DNA of 64,000 nucleotides from Hydrurus foetidus. Its lineage: Eukaryota. Position numbers and translations under genes: made by a program. The notes beneath the pieces are model-generated. The model ran no database searches, was not told where the DNA came from, and worked only from the letters and a program-made list of their open reading frames with translations. Shown piece by piece: positions 39,968-48,159 of this stretch. Within the stretch, counting starts at the first letter, position 1, and each line of letters opens with the position of its first letter. The stretch spans positions 992,001-1,056,000 of the forward strand of contig UYFQ01000001.1 of the NCBI GenBank assembly GCA_900617105.1, in the 5' to 3' direction.

Positions 39968-40170
39968 ATAAACTCAATCTTTTGTGACAGGATGTGGTCG
40001 AGGAAAGGCGCAAAACCCGTCCAAGAAAAACCCCATAAAAGCTTTTTTCAAAACTTAAAGGGATGTCGAATCAAGCAGAAACTGCAACCCTCTATTTTAA
40101 CGTGAAAACAAGGGGATTCTGCGTCTTGGTCAGAGCAATTGGCGAAGCACAGGTGTGGAATTATTGGCCT

Positions 40171-40560
40171 TCAGGTCACCGATTCCGGTGTCAGCTCCAA
40201 CACCAGCGCCACCACCACATTGCGTCCTTCGCCCGCCAAAATGTTGTAAGTGCGGCAAGCTGCCTGGGAGTCCATCGTCTCTAGGCCCACGCGCTGTGCC
40301 ATCAAAGGCTGCAACCACGCGGGGGGCGGAAAACGTAAGCGCGTGCCGCTGCCGAAGATCACCAGTTCAGCGTCCAGCGTGGCCAGTTGTGCGAAATGGG
40401 CGGGCGTCAAATCCTCAAAACGGCTGACTTTCCAGTCCAGCCGCTGCCCCTTTGAGCCAATAACGAGAGAGTGCTTGAGTTTTTCGCCATTCACACTGAC
40501 CCAACCTGGGCCGTAGCCGCTGATGGTTTGAACGTCAAATTTGTCGGGTTGGAGCTTCAT
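40171..40560 (-). CDS. Mth938-like domain protein
   Basis: VIFGSG, ETMDSQAACRTYNILAGEGR. Confidence 0.9.
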   Translation of the reverse strand: MKLQPDKFDVQTISGYGPGWVSVNGEKLKHSLVIGSKGQRLDWKVSRFEDLTPAHFAQLATLDAELVIFGSGTRLRFPPPAWLQPLMAQRVGLETMDSQAACRTYNILAGEGRNVVVALVLELTPESVT

Positions 40561-40719
40561 AGTGACTTAGAGAGAGTGGGTGCATGAGATGTATCGAAAC
40601 ACACATCGGAACATGCATCAGCGCTGTGTAGAACTGTGGTCAAATTATAAGTTCCGCCTGGGTTTTCCCTGGATGCTGCCCGCTGATCGTCTACTTGCCA
40701 TCCCTTAATTGGAGCCCCT

Positions 40720-41949
40720 TTGAGAACCATTCAAAAATCGCAAAAGCTTGCCAATGTTTGCTACGACATCCGTGGCCCCGTGCTCGACAAAGCCCGTCAG
40801 ATGGAAGAAGAGGGCCACAAGATCATCAAGCTCAACATCGGCAACATCGCTGCGTTTGGCCTGATGCCGCCCGAAGAAATCGTGCAGGACATGATCCGTA
40901 ACCTCACGCAAGCGGAAGCGGCGGGCTACACCGATTCCAAAGGGCTGTTTGCGCCGCGCAAATCCATCGTTCATTACACCCAGCAAAAACACATTGCTGG
41001 CGTGACTGTGGACGACGTGTACCTGGGCAACGGCGCGAGCGAGCTCATCACCATGAGCATGAACGCACTGCTCAACCCTGGCGATGAGGTGCTGGTGCCC
41101 GCACCCGATTACCCGCTGTGGACGGCTTCGATTGCGCTCTCGGGTGGCACACCCATCCATTACATGTGCGACGAAGGGGCCGAGTGGACGCCCGATATCG
41201 CCGACATCGCCTCCAAGATCACGCCCAACACCAAGGGCATTGTCGTTATCAACCCGAACAACCCCACGGGCGCGTTGTACCCCGACGAGATACTGCTGCA
41301 AATCGTTGAGCTGGCCCGCTGCCACAACCTCATCATTTACGCCGATGAAATTTACGACAAAACCCTGTATGACGGTGCCACCCACACCAGCATGGCCAGT
41401 TTGGCCGATGACGTGCTGTTTTTGACCTTCAACGGCCTCTCGAAAAACTACCGCGCCTGCGGTTTTCGCGCCGGGTGGATGGTGGTGTCCGGCGACAAAC
41501 GCCGCGCCAAAGACTACATCGTGGGCTTGAACATGCTCAGCTCGATGCGCCTGTGCGCCAACACGCCGGGCCAGTTGGCCATTCAAACCGCGCTGGGTGG
41601 CTACCAGAGCATTGACGATTTGGTCAGCCCCAGAGGCCGCCTGGGTCGTCAGCGTGAACTTGCCTACAAGCTGCTGAGCGACATCCCTGGCGTGAGCCTC
41701 GTCAAACCGAAAGCCGCGCTCTATGGCTTTCCGAAACTTGACCCCAAGATGTACCCCATCGCCGACGACCAGCAGTTCGCCTACGAGTTGCTGGCCGAAG
41801 AAAAAGTGCTGATTGTGCAAGGCACCGGGTTCAACTACCCCACACCTGACCATTTCCGCATTGTTTTCTTGCCCCACGAAGACGACTTGACGGACGCGAT
41901 TGGGCGCATTGCCCGGTTCTTGGATGGCTATAAAAAACGTAGCAGGTAA
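40720..41949 (+). CDS. alaA: Alanine transaminase (class I/II PLP aminotransferase)
   Basis: KLANVCYDIRGPV, INPNNPTG, ADEIYD, GLSKNYRACGFRAGW; TTG start with GGAG RBS. Confidence 0.9.
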   Translation: MRTIQKSQKLANVCYDIRGPVLDKARQMEEEGHKIIKLNIGNIAAFGLMPPEEIVQDMIRNLTQAEAAGYTDSKGLFAPRKSIVHYTQQKHIAGVTVDDVYLGNGASELITMSMNALLNPGDEVLVPAPDYPLWTASIALSGGTPIHYMCDEGAEWTPDIADIASKITPNTKGIVVINPNNPTGALYPDEILLQIVELARCHNLIIYADEIYDKTLYDGATHTSMASLADDVLFLTFNGLSKNYRACGFRAGWMVVSGDKRRAKDYIVGLNMLSSMRLCANTPGQLAIQTALGGYQSIDDLVSPRGRLGRQRELAYKLLSDIPGVSLVKPKAALYGFPKLDPKMYPIADDQQFAYELLAEEKVLIVQGTGFNYPTPDHFRIVFLPHEDDLTDAIGRIARFLDGYKKRSR

Positions 41950-41997
41950 CGCATAATAGACATGCGATCAACGGTAATTTGATACAGAAAGATGAGA

Positions 41998-43320
41998 ATG
42001 AAAGCGATACAAGTAGGTTTGCTCGGCATCGGTACGGTCGGCAGCGGTGTCTTCAATGTGTTGAAGCGCAACCAACAAGAAATTCAACGGCGCGCCGGTC
42101 GCGGCATCGAGATCGCCATGGTGGCCGATTTGGACACGGCCCGCGCCAAAGCCGCTGTAGGCGACGGCATTGAGGTCGTCAGCGACGCCCGTGCCGTGAT
42201 CGCCAACCCCAACATCGACATCGTGATTGAGCTGATCGGCGGCTACGGCATCGCCAAAACTTTGGTGATGGAAGCCATCGCCGCCGGTAAGCACGTTGTC
42301 ACCGCCAACAAAGCACTGCTGGCCGTCCACGGCACCGAGATTTTTGCAGCGGCGCAAGCCAAAGGCGTGGTCGTCGCGTTTGAAGCCGCTGTGGCCGGTG
42401 GTATCCCCATCATCAAAGCCCTGCGCGAAGGCCTGACCGCCAACCGCATCCAGTGGCTCGCGGGCATCATCAACGGCACGACCAACTTCATCTTGAGCGA
42501 AATGCGCGACAAGGGGCTGGATTTCGCCGTGGTGCTCAAAGAAGCGCAACGCTTGGGTTACGCCGAAGCCGACCCGACTTTCGACATCGAAGGCGTGGAC
42601 GCAGCCCACAAAGTCACGCTGATGAGCGCCATCGCCTTTGGCATTCCGGTGCAGTTTGACAAAGCCCACGTCGAAGGCATCACCAAGCTGGGTGCCGCTG
42701 ACATCAAGTACGCCGAGCAACTGGGCTACCGCATCAAGCTGTTGGGCATCACCAAACGCACTGACAAAGGCATCGAGCTGCGCGTCCACCCCAGCCTGAT
42801 CCCTGCCAAGCGCCTGCTGGCCAACGTGGAAGGCGCGATGAACGCCGTGGTCGTCCAGGCCGATGCTGTGGGCACCACCCTCTACTACGGCAAAGGCGCA
42901 GGCTCAGAGCCTACGGCCAGCGCTGTGATCGCCGATTTGGTCGATATCACCCGCTTGGCCCAAGCCGACCCAGCCCACCGCGTCCCGCATCTGGCCTTCC
43001 AGCCCGATGCCATGAGCGATTTGCCAGTGTTGGCTATGGAACAAGTCGTCACCAGCTACTACCTGCGCCTGCGCGTGGCCGATCAAGCTGGCGTACTGGC
43101 CAAAGTCACCGGTATCTTGGCTGAGGCCGGCATCAGCATCGATGCCGTGTTACAGCGCGAAGCCGATGAAGTGGGCGGCGAAGGCTCCACCCAGACCGAC
43201 GTGATTATCCTGACGCACGATTGCGTGGAAGCGCAGATGAACGCCGCGCTGGTGCAGATGCAAGCCCTGCCAACAGTGCTGGCCCCGATCACACGGATTC
43301 GCAAGGAAGAGTTGGCCTAA
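41998..43320 (+). CDS. hom: Homoserine dehydrogenase
   Basis: GIGTVG, VTANK, FEAAVAGGIP, GYAEADP, GAGSEPTASAV, C-terminal ACT domain. Confidence 0.97.
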   Translation: MKAIQVGLLGIGTVGSGVFNVLKRNQQEIQRRAGRGIEIAMVADLDTARAKAAVGDGIEVVSDARAVIANPNIDIVIELIGGYGIAKTLVMEAIAAGKHVVTANKALLAVHGTEIFAAAQAKGVVVAFEAAVAGGIPIIKALREGLTANRIQWLAGIINGTTNFILSEMRDKGLDFAVVLKEAQRLGYAEADPTFDIEGVDAAHKVTLMSAIAFGIPVQFDKAHVEGITKLGAADIKYAEQLGYRIKLLGITKRTDKGIELRVHPSLIPAKRLLANVEGAMNAVVVQADAVGTTLYYGKGAGSEPTASAVIADLVDITRLAQADPAHRVPHLAFQPDAMSDLPVLAMEQVVTSYYLRLRVADQAGVLAKVTGILAEAGISIDAVLQREADEVGGEGSTQTDVIILTHDCVEAQMNAALVQMQALPTVLAPITRIRKEELA

Positions 43321-43353
43321 AGCCACTTAAAGCCCCGAAAGGACAGCCCCGCC

Positions 43354-43626
43354 ATGGCCATCGTCATCTCCAAAGAAGCGCAGAAAGAGGCGATAACCTC
43401 TATCGAGCGCTACTTTCGCGAACACATGGACGAGCCGATTGGCAATGTCGCGGCGGGTGGCTTGCTCAACTTCATGCTCGAAGAAATCGGCCCGCTGGTC
43501 TATAACAAGGGTGTGGCCGATGCCCAAGAACGCATGGCCATCCGGGTGAGTGAGCTGGACATTGAAATCCATGAGGATGAATTTCAATATTGGCGCAAGG
43601 CGGACAAGCGGCGCTTGGGAAAATGA
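43354..43626 (+). CDS. DUF2164-like small protein
   Basis: IERYF...EEIGPLVYNKGVADA pattern; AGGA RBS upstream. Confidence 0.75.
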   Translation: MAIVISKEAQKEAITSIERYFREHMDEPIGNVAAGGLLNFMLEEIGPLVYNKGVADAQERMAIRVSELDIEIHEDEFQYWRKADKRRLGK

Positions 43627-43664
43627 GGGTTTAGCCGTGGCCTATGCACGAACCAGGAATCACC

Positions 43665-44984
43665 ATGAATGCACAAGAGATTGAAACGCTGCTGAAGGAC
43701 TTCACCAATGCACTGCGTTTAGAGGACACGTTGGATGTGTCTGAACCCGCTGATGCTGCGCTGTACGTTGAAGGTTTGCACGGTGGCATTGATGCAGTCG
43801 GGCGTCTACGCCGTGAAATTTTGCGCGTGTCTGGCGGAGGGGTGTTTCTGTTTACCGGGCAATCTGGCACAGGCAAAAGCACGGAACTCAAGCGTTTGAA
43901 GCGTGACTTGGTGGCGCAAAAATGCAAGGTTTATTACTGCGATTTGGAAGACTGGTTAAACCTGAACGGGCCTATTACCCTGTCGAGTTTTCTGGTGGCC
44001 TTGCTGTCTTCTTGGGTCGATCAATTGGGAACTGTGCATGCCCAACGAACTCCCTTCGACCGCTTGAAAGATTTTTTCTTAAAAACCAAGCTGATACCCG
44101 AGTCATTGACGCTTTCGGCAGGTAAGACGATCAACGCTCAGCTCAAGTTTGCTTTGCAATCGGACGAGAACTTTCGGGCCGATTTGGAGAAAAATTTACG
44201 CAGCCAATTCGCCAGTGTTGTCGGTCAAGCCAAAACCTTGGTTGCGGAAATCATTGTCGATGTATGCGCTGCTGGTGAACGCTGCGTGATCTTGGCCGAC
44301 TCCTTGGAGAAATTAAACGGTTCAGGCGATAACGCGAACGACGTTTTTGAAAGCGTGCAGCGGCTCTTTGTCAGTGAGGGTGCTGCGCTGCGGTTTGAAG
44401 GGGCGCACATGGTGTATTCCGTGTCACCGTACTTGCTTGAACAAAACAGTAACCTAGCGGCAAGCTTAGGCTCAGGTGTTGTCGTCAACATGCCCTCGGT
44501 TCATGTTTTGCAAAGTCAAAGTACAGCCGTTGACACCGTGGGTATCGCTGCTGTTTGTCAATTGATTCAGAAACGCTTCCCCCGCTGGGGTGAGGTTTTC
44601 AGCTTGCCCCAACTGGAGCGCATGGCCGAGTACACGGGGGGCGATTTGCGCAGCTTTCTACGTGCTGTCCGTATTGCTTTGGGTGGTGACATTGTTGCCT
44701 TGCCCGTACCCGATGCAGAAGTTGAATACGCCCTACAGCAGATTTGCCCCAGCCGCAACATCAAAGCGGAATACATCGACTGGATGGCCAAAGTCCAAAA
44801 AACCCACTTGGCGCAACTGGGCGGCATCATTGATGGGCGGGTGCTTCAGCAATACTTGGCCAGTAAACATGTGCTGGCCTATTTGAATGGCCAAGACTGG
44901 TACGCCATCCACCCGATGTTGCGCGATTGGGTGCAAGAGCGTGCGTTGGCTCATGTGCTCGCTGCTTCACAGCCAGCCGCATAG
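43665..44984 (+). CDS. P-loop NTPase (AAA+/STAND-like ATPase) of unknown function
   Basis: Walker A GQSGTGKST (43857-43883), Walker B-like VILADSLEK, TGGDLRSFLR, C-terminal YLNGQDWYAIHP; AGGA RBS before ATG 43665. Confidence 0.85.
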   Translation: MNAQEIETLLKDFTNALRLEDTLDVSEPADAALYVEGLHGGIDAVGRLRREILRVSGGGVFLFTGQSGTGKSTELKRLKRDLVAQKCKVYYCDLEDWLNLNGPITLSSFLVALLSSWVDQLGTVHAQRTPFDRLKDFFLKTKLIPESLTLSAGKTINAQLKFALQSDENFRADLEKNLRSQFASVVGQAKTLVAEIIVDVCAAGERCVILADSLEKLNGSGDNANDVFESVQRLFVSEGAALRFEGAHMVYSVSPYLLEQNSNLAASLGSGVVVNMPSVHVLQSQSTAVDTVGIAAVCQLIQKRFPRWGEVFSLPQLERMAEYTGGDLRSFLRAVRIALGGDIVALPVPDAEVEYALQQICPSRNIKAEYIDWMAKVQKTHLAQLGGIIDGRVLQQYLASKHVLAYLNGQDWYAIHPMLRDWVQERALAHVLAASQPAA

Positions 44985-44994
44985 CCACCTCCCC

Positions 44995-47373
44995 ATGCGC
45001 GAATTGCAGACTGCTGAGCACTACGCCCTGCTGCGCAGGCTACGCCGGCAGTTGTTTCGCAGTACAGGCAGCAGCCTCACTTTTATCTGGTGCGATGACC
45101 CCCGCGCCCTGGCTTGGTTGCGCACCGAGCTAGACCGCAGCTTGCGTGCCCGCAGCCAGCGCTTGGTGCATCTGGATGCGCTGGCCCAGACCTTGCCTGA
45201 TGCGGATGCCTATTCCCAGGCCACTGCGCAAACCCTGCAAGCTTTTCTCGCCCCGGTGGCTGGGGATCAAAACAATGCCGCGTGGCTCAGTGTGGGGGGC
45301 GGATCAAACAGTGCCCACTTCGATTGGCTGCTCGCCCGATTGAACGAGCGCCGTGCGCAGGTGCTTGCGGGCACGCGCACCCTGCTGATTTGCGGCCCGA
45401 CAGCCCTGCAAGACCGCGTGGCCTTGATCGCCCCTGATTTATGGTCGGTGCGCAGTGGGAGCTGGATTTTGCATGCCTTTAATCAGCTTGAAACCCATGA
45501 GAGTAATGCACGGGTAGCTATTGAATCCGTAGCACCTGAACGGGTCGAAAACGAGATGCCTGCCCTGGCAACCCTGTGGGCCAGGGTGTGGCAGGCATAT
45601 GAGGAGTCGGCCAGCGCCGAGGATCTCACCTCTCGCTCTAAGCCGGATGTGGCGCTGGGATTTGCCGCTGTGCAAGCGCTGTTGCAGCTTCGCCAGTTAA
45701 AGCGGGCTCAAGTTGTATTGGCGCAAACACAGCGCGTTCTTGAGGCTGCGCCTGTTGACGTGGAAGGGGGAGGCCTCGTTCATGACCGCTGGTTGTCTAT
45801 GCAATTCATCTTTGAAGGCCAACTGGCCCGCCTGACGGGTAACGTGCGTAAAGCGAGAGAGAGCTTTGAGCAGGGCCTGAAAATAAGTGAGAGGCTGTTG
45901 CGGCTGACGGGGGAGTCGCCTGAGTCGCTGCGTGACCTGTCGGTGTCGCTGGACAACATTGGCGACATCCGTCGCGCCTCGGGGGAGCTGGCAGGTGCGA
46001 GAGAGAGCTTCGAGCAGAGCCTGAGAATAAGTGAGAGGCTGGTGACGCTGACGGGGGAGTCGCCCGAGTCGCTGCGTGACCTGTCGGTGTCGCTTAATAG
46101 GGTAGGCGATATCCGTCGCGCCCTGGGGGAGTTGGCAGGAGCGAGAGAGAGCTTCGAGCAGAGCCTGAAAATAAGTGAGAGGCTGGTGACGCTGACGAGG
46201 GAGTCGCCCGAGTCGCTGCGTGACCTGTCGGTGTCGCTCAATAAGGTAGGCGATATCCGTCGCGCCCTGGGGGAGCTGGCAGGAGCGAGAGAGAGCTTCG
46301 AGCAGAGCCTGAAAATTCGTGAGAGGCTGGTGACGCTGACGAGGGAGTCGCCCGAGTCGCTGCGTGACCTGTCGGTGTCGCAGGAGCGGGTAGGCGATAT
46401 CCGTCGCGCCCTGGGGGAGTTGGCAGGAGCGAGAGAGAGCTTCGAGCAGAGCCTGAAAATAAGTGAGAGGCTGGTGACGCTGACGGGGGAGTCGCCCGAG
46501 TCGCTGCGTGACCTGTCGGTGTCGCTTAATAGGGTAGGCGATATCCGTCGCGCCCTGGGGGAGTTGGCAGGAGCGAGAGAGAGCTTCGAGCAGAGCCTGA
46601 AAATAAGTGAGAGGCTGGTGACGCTGACGGGGGAGTCACCCGAGTCGCTGCGTGACCTGTCAGTGTCGCTCAATAAGGTAGGCGATATCCGTCGCGCCCT
46701 GGGGGAGCTGGCAGGAGCGAGAGAGAGCTTCGAGCAGAGCCTGAAAATTCGTGAGAGGCTGGTGACGCTGACGAGGGAGTCGCCCGAGTCGCTGCGTGAC
46801 CTGTCGATGTCGCAGGAGCGGGTAGGCGATATCCGTCGCGCCCTGGGGGAGTTGGCAGGAGCGAGAGAGAGCTTCGAGCAGAGCCTGAAAATAAGTGAGA
46901 GGCTGGTGACGCTGACGGGGGAGTCGCCCGAGTCGCTGCGTGACCTGTCGGTGTCGCTTAATAGGGTAGGCGATATCCGTCGCGCCCTGGGGGAGTTGGC
47001 AGGAGCGAGAGAGAGCTTCGAGCAGAGCCTGAAAATAAGTGAGAGGCTGGTGACGCTGACGGGGGAGTCACCCGAGTCGCTGCGTGACCTGTCAGTGTCG
47101 CTCAATAAGGTAGGCGATATCCGTCGCGCCCTGGGGGAGCTGGCAGGAGCGAGAGAGAGCTTCGAGCAGAGCCTCAAAATTCGTGAGAGGCTGGTGACGC
47201 TGACGGGGGAGTCGCCCGAGTCGCTGCGGGACTTGGCCGCATCGCACATCCATCTGGAAAATTTTGCCCAAGCCTTGGTGGCGATTGAAGCCGCCATTGC
47301 CTGCGCACCTGAGCAAGCGAACTTGAAGCCTGTCCACGTATTCTTGCTGGAAAAATTAGCCGCTGCTGGCTGA
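44995..47373 (+). CDS. TPR-repeat protein with degenerate NTPase-like N-terminal domain
   Basis: N-terminal alpha/beta domain (LNERR, APDLWSVRS) without Walker A, then about 9.6 copies of a 48-aa TPR-like unit; starts 10 bp after the ATPase stop. Confidence 0.85.
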   Translation: MRELQTAEHYALLRRLRRQLFRSTGSSLTFIWCDDPRALAWLRTELDRSLRARSQRLVHLDALAQTLPDADAYSQATAQTLQAFLAPVAGDQNNAAWLSVGGGSNSAHFDWLLARLNERRAQVLAGTRTLLICGPTALQDRVALIAPDLWSVRSGSWILHAFNQLETHESNARVAIESVAPERVENEMPALATLWARVWQAYEESASAEDLTSRSKPDVALGFAAVQALLQLRQLKRAQVVLAQTQRVLEAAPVDVEGGGLVHDRWLSMQFIFEGQLARLTGNVRKARESFEQGLKISERLLRLTGESPESLRDLSVSLDNIGDIRRASGELAGARESFEQSLRISERLVTLTGESPESLRDLSVSLNRVGDIRRALGELAGARESFEQSLKISERLVTLTRESPESLRDLSVSLNKVGDIRRALGELAGARESFEQSLKIRERLVTLTRESPESLRDLSVSQERVGDIRRALGELAGARESFEQSLKISERLVTLTGESPESLRDLSVSLNRVGDIRRALGELAGARESFEQSLKISERLVTLTGESPESLRDLSVSLNKVGDIRRALGELAGARESFEQSLKIRERLVTLTRESPESLRDLSMSQERVGDIRRALGELAGARESFEQSLKISERLVTLTGESPESLRDLSVSLNRVGDIRRALGELAGARESFEQSLKISERLVTLTGESPESLRDLSVSLNKVGDIRRALGELAGARESFEQSLKIRERLVTLTGESPESLRDLAASHIHLENFAQALVAIEAAIACAPEQANLKPVHVFLLEKLAAAG
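45853..47235 (+). repeat. Intragenic tandem array, 144-bp unit x ~9.6, with 432-bp higher-order period
   Basis: GCGAGAGAGAGCTT recurs at 45853, 45997, 46141, 46285, 46429, 46573, 46717, 46861, 47005 and 47149. Confidence 0.97.
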
Positions 47374-47377
47374 GATT

Positions 47378-47409
47378 GTCGGGTTACGCCTTTGGCTAAC
47401 CCGACCTAC
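47378..47409 (-). repeat. GTAG-type REP element
   Basis: Minus strand GTAG-GTCGGGTTAGCC-aaa-GGCGTAACCCGAC: GTAG tetranucleotide plus an imperfect hairpin. Confidence 0.75.
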
Positions 47410-47473
47410 GGGGAATGGTGGGACGAGGAATCAAACGATTCATCGCCCTGAACGCTTGATCGCCTGTTTTTTT

Positions 47474-47491
47474 GGTATCACCTATAATACC
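47474..47491 (+). promoter_or_regulatory. -10 box (TATAAT) inside a GGTAT-N8-ATACC dyad; probable leaderless TA promoter/operator
   Basis: TATAAT at 47483-47488 ends 6 nt before ATG 47495; no Shine-Dalgarno. Confidence 0.55.
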
Positions 47492-47494
47492 GCA

Positions 47495-47917
47495 ATGATT
47501 CGTGTTGTAGTTGATACCAATGTATTGGTTTCTGCGCTGAAGTCGCGCTTAGGCTGGTCGTTTGAGGTGCTTCGTTTAATGGGGACGGGCCGGTTCGCGC
47601 ATATCGTGACTGTGCCTTTGATGATCGAGTATGCCGATGTACTTGGTCGCTCTGGCATGGTGCCTGTGGATCAACGGGTTATTGAGGATGTTCTCGATTT
47701 CGTGGCAACCAGTGCCGTCCGCCGCAAGGTGCATTTTTTGTGGCGACCCAAGCTGACAGATGCCAAAGACGACATGGTTTTAGAGGCTGCGGTGAATGGT
47801 CAGTGTGGCTACATCGTGACCCACAATGTGCGAGACTTTGCACTCAGTGGTGCTTTGGGTATCAAGGCGATTACCCCGCTTCAATTCATGCAGAAACTTC
47901 AGGAGAACACCTTATGA
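47495..47917 (+). CDS. PIN-domain putative toxin
   Basis: RVVVDTNVLVSA, DAKDDMVLEAAVNG, IVTHNVRDF, ITP. Confidence 0.9.
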   Translation: MIRVVVDTNVLVSALKSRLGWSFEVLRLMGTGRFAHIVTVPLMIEYADVLGRSGMVPVDQRVIEDVLDFVATSAVRRKVHFLWRPKLTDAKDDMVLEAAVNGQCGYIVTHNVRDFALSGALGIKAITPLQFMQKLQENTL

Positions 47918-48153
47918 GCGCTTTAAGTCTTCGCTTACCCGAATCACTGCACAAATTCGCCAAAGAGTATGCCGGTAAGGAAGGTATCTCGGTGAACCAG
48001 CTCATCAGTACCGCTTTGGCGGAAAAGTTATCTGCTCTGGCCACAGAGGATTACCTCGAAATGCGAGCGGCAAGCGGCAGCCGTGCAAAATTCGATGCAG
48101 CACTCGCGATGGTGCCTGCAAACCCGCCTGACGCTGGCGATCAGCGGGTCTGA
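47914..48153 (+). CDS. Ribbon-helix-helix (HicB-like) antitoxin
   Basis: LSLRLPESLH...EGISVNQLISTALAEK; AGGAG RBS and ATGA overlap with the PIN gene. Confidence 0.85.
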   Translation: MSALSLRLPESLHKFAKEYAGKEGISVNQLISTALAEKLSALATEDYLEMRAASGSRAKFDAALAMVPANPPDAGDQRV

Positions 48154-48159
48154 TTGACC

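Noticed and set aside
45853..47235. Repeat array as a CRISPR array or DGR target
   Set aside because: Units are contiguous 144-bp coding repeats with no unique spacers and no cas genes. Variation is not confined to adenines, and there is no reverse transcriptase or template repeat in the window.
45780..47297. 505-aa antisense ORF over the repeat array
   Set aside because: One stop-free antisense unit repeated ten times gives a long ORF automatically; the Ser/Arg-rich product has no recognisable fold.
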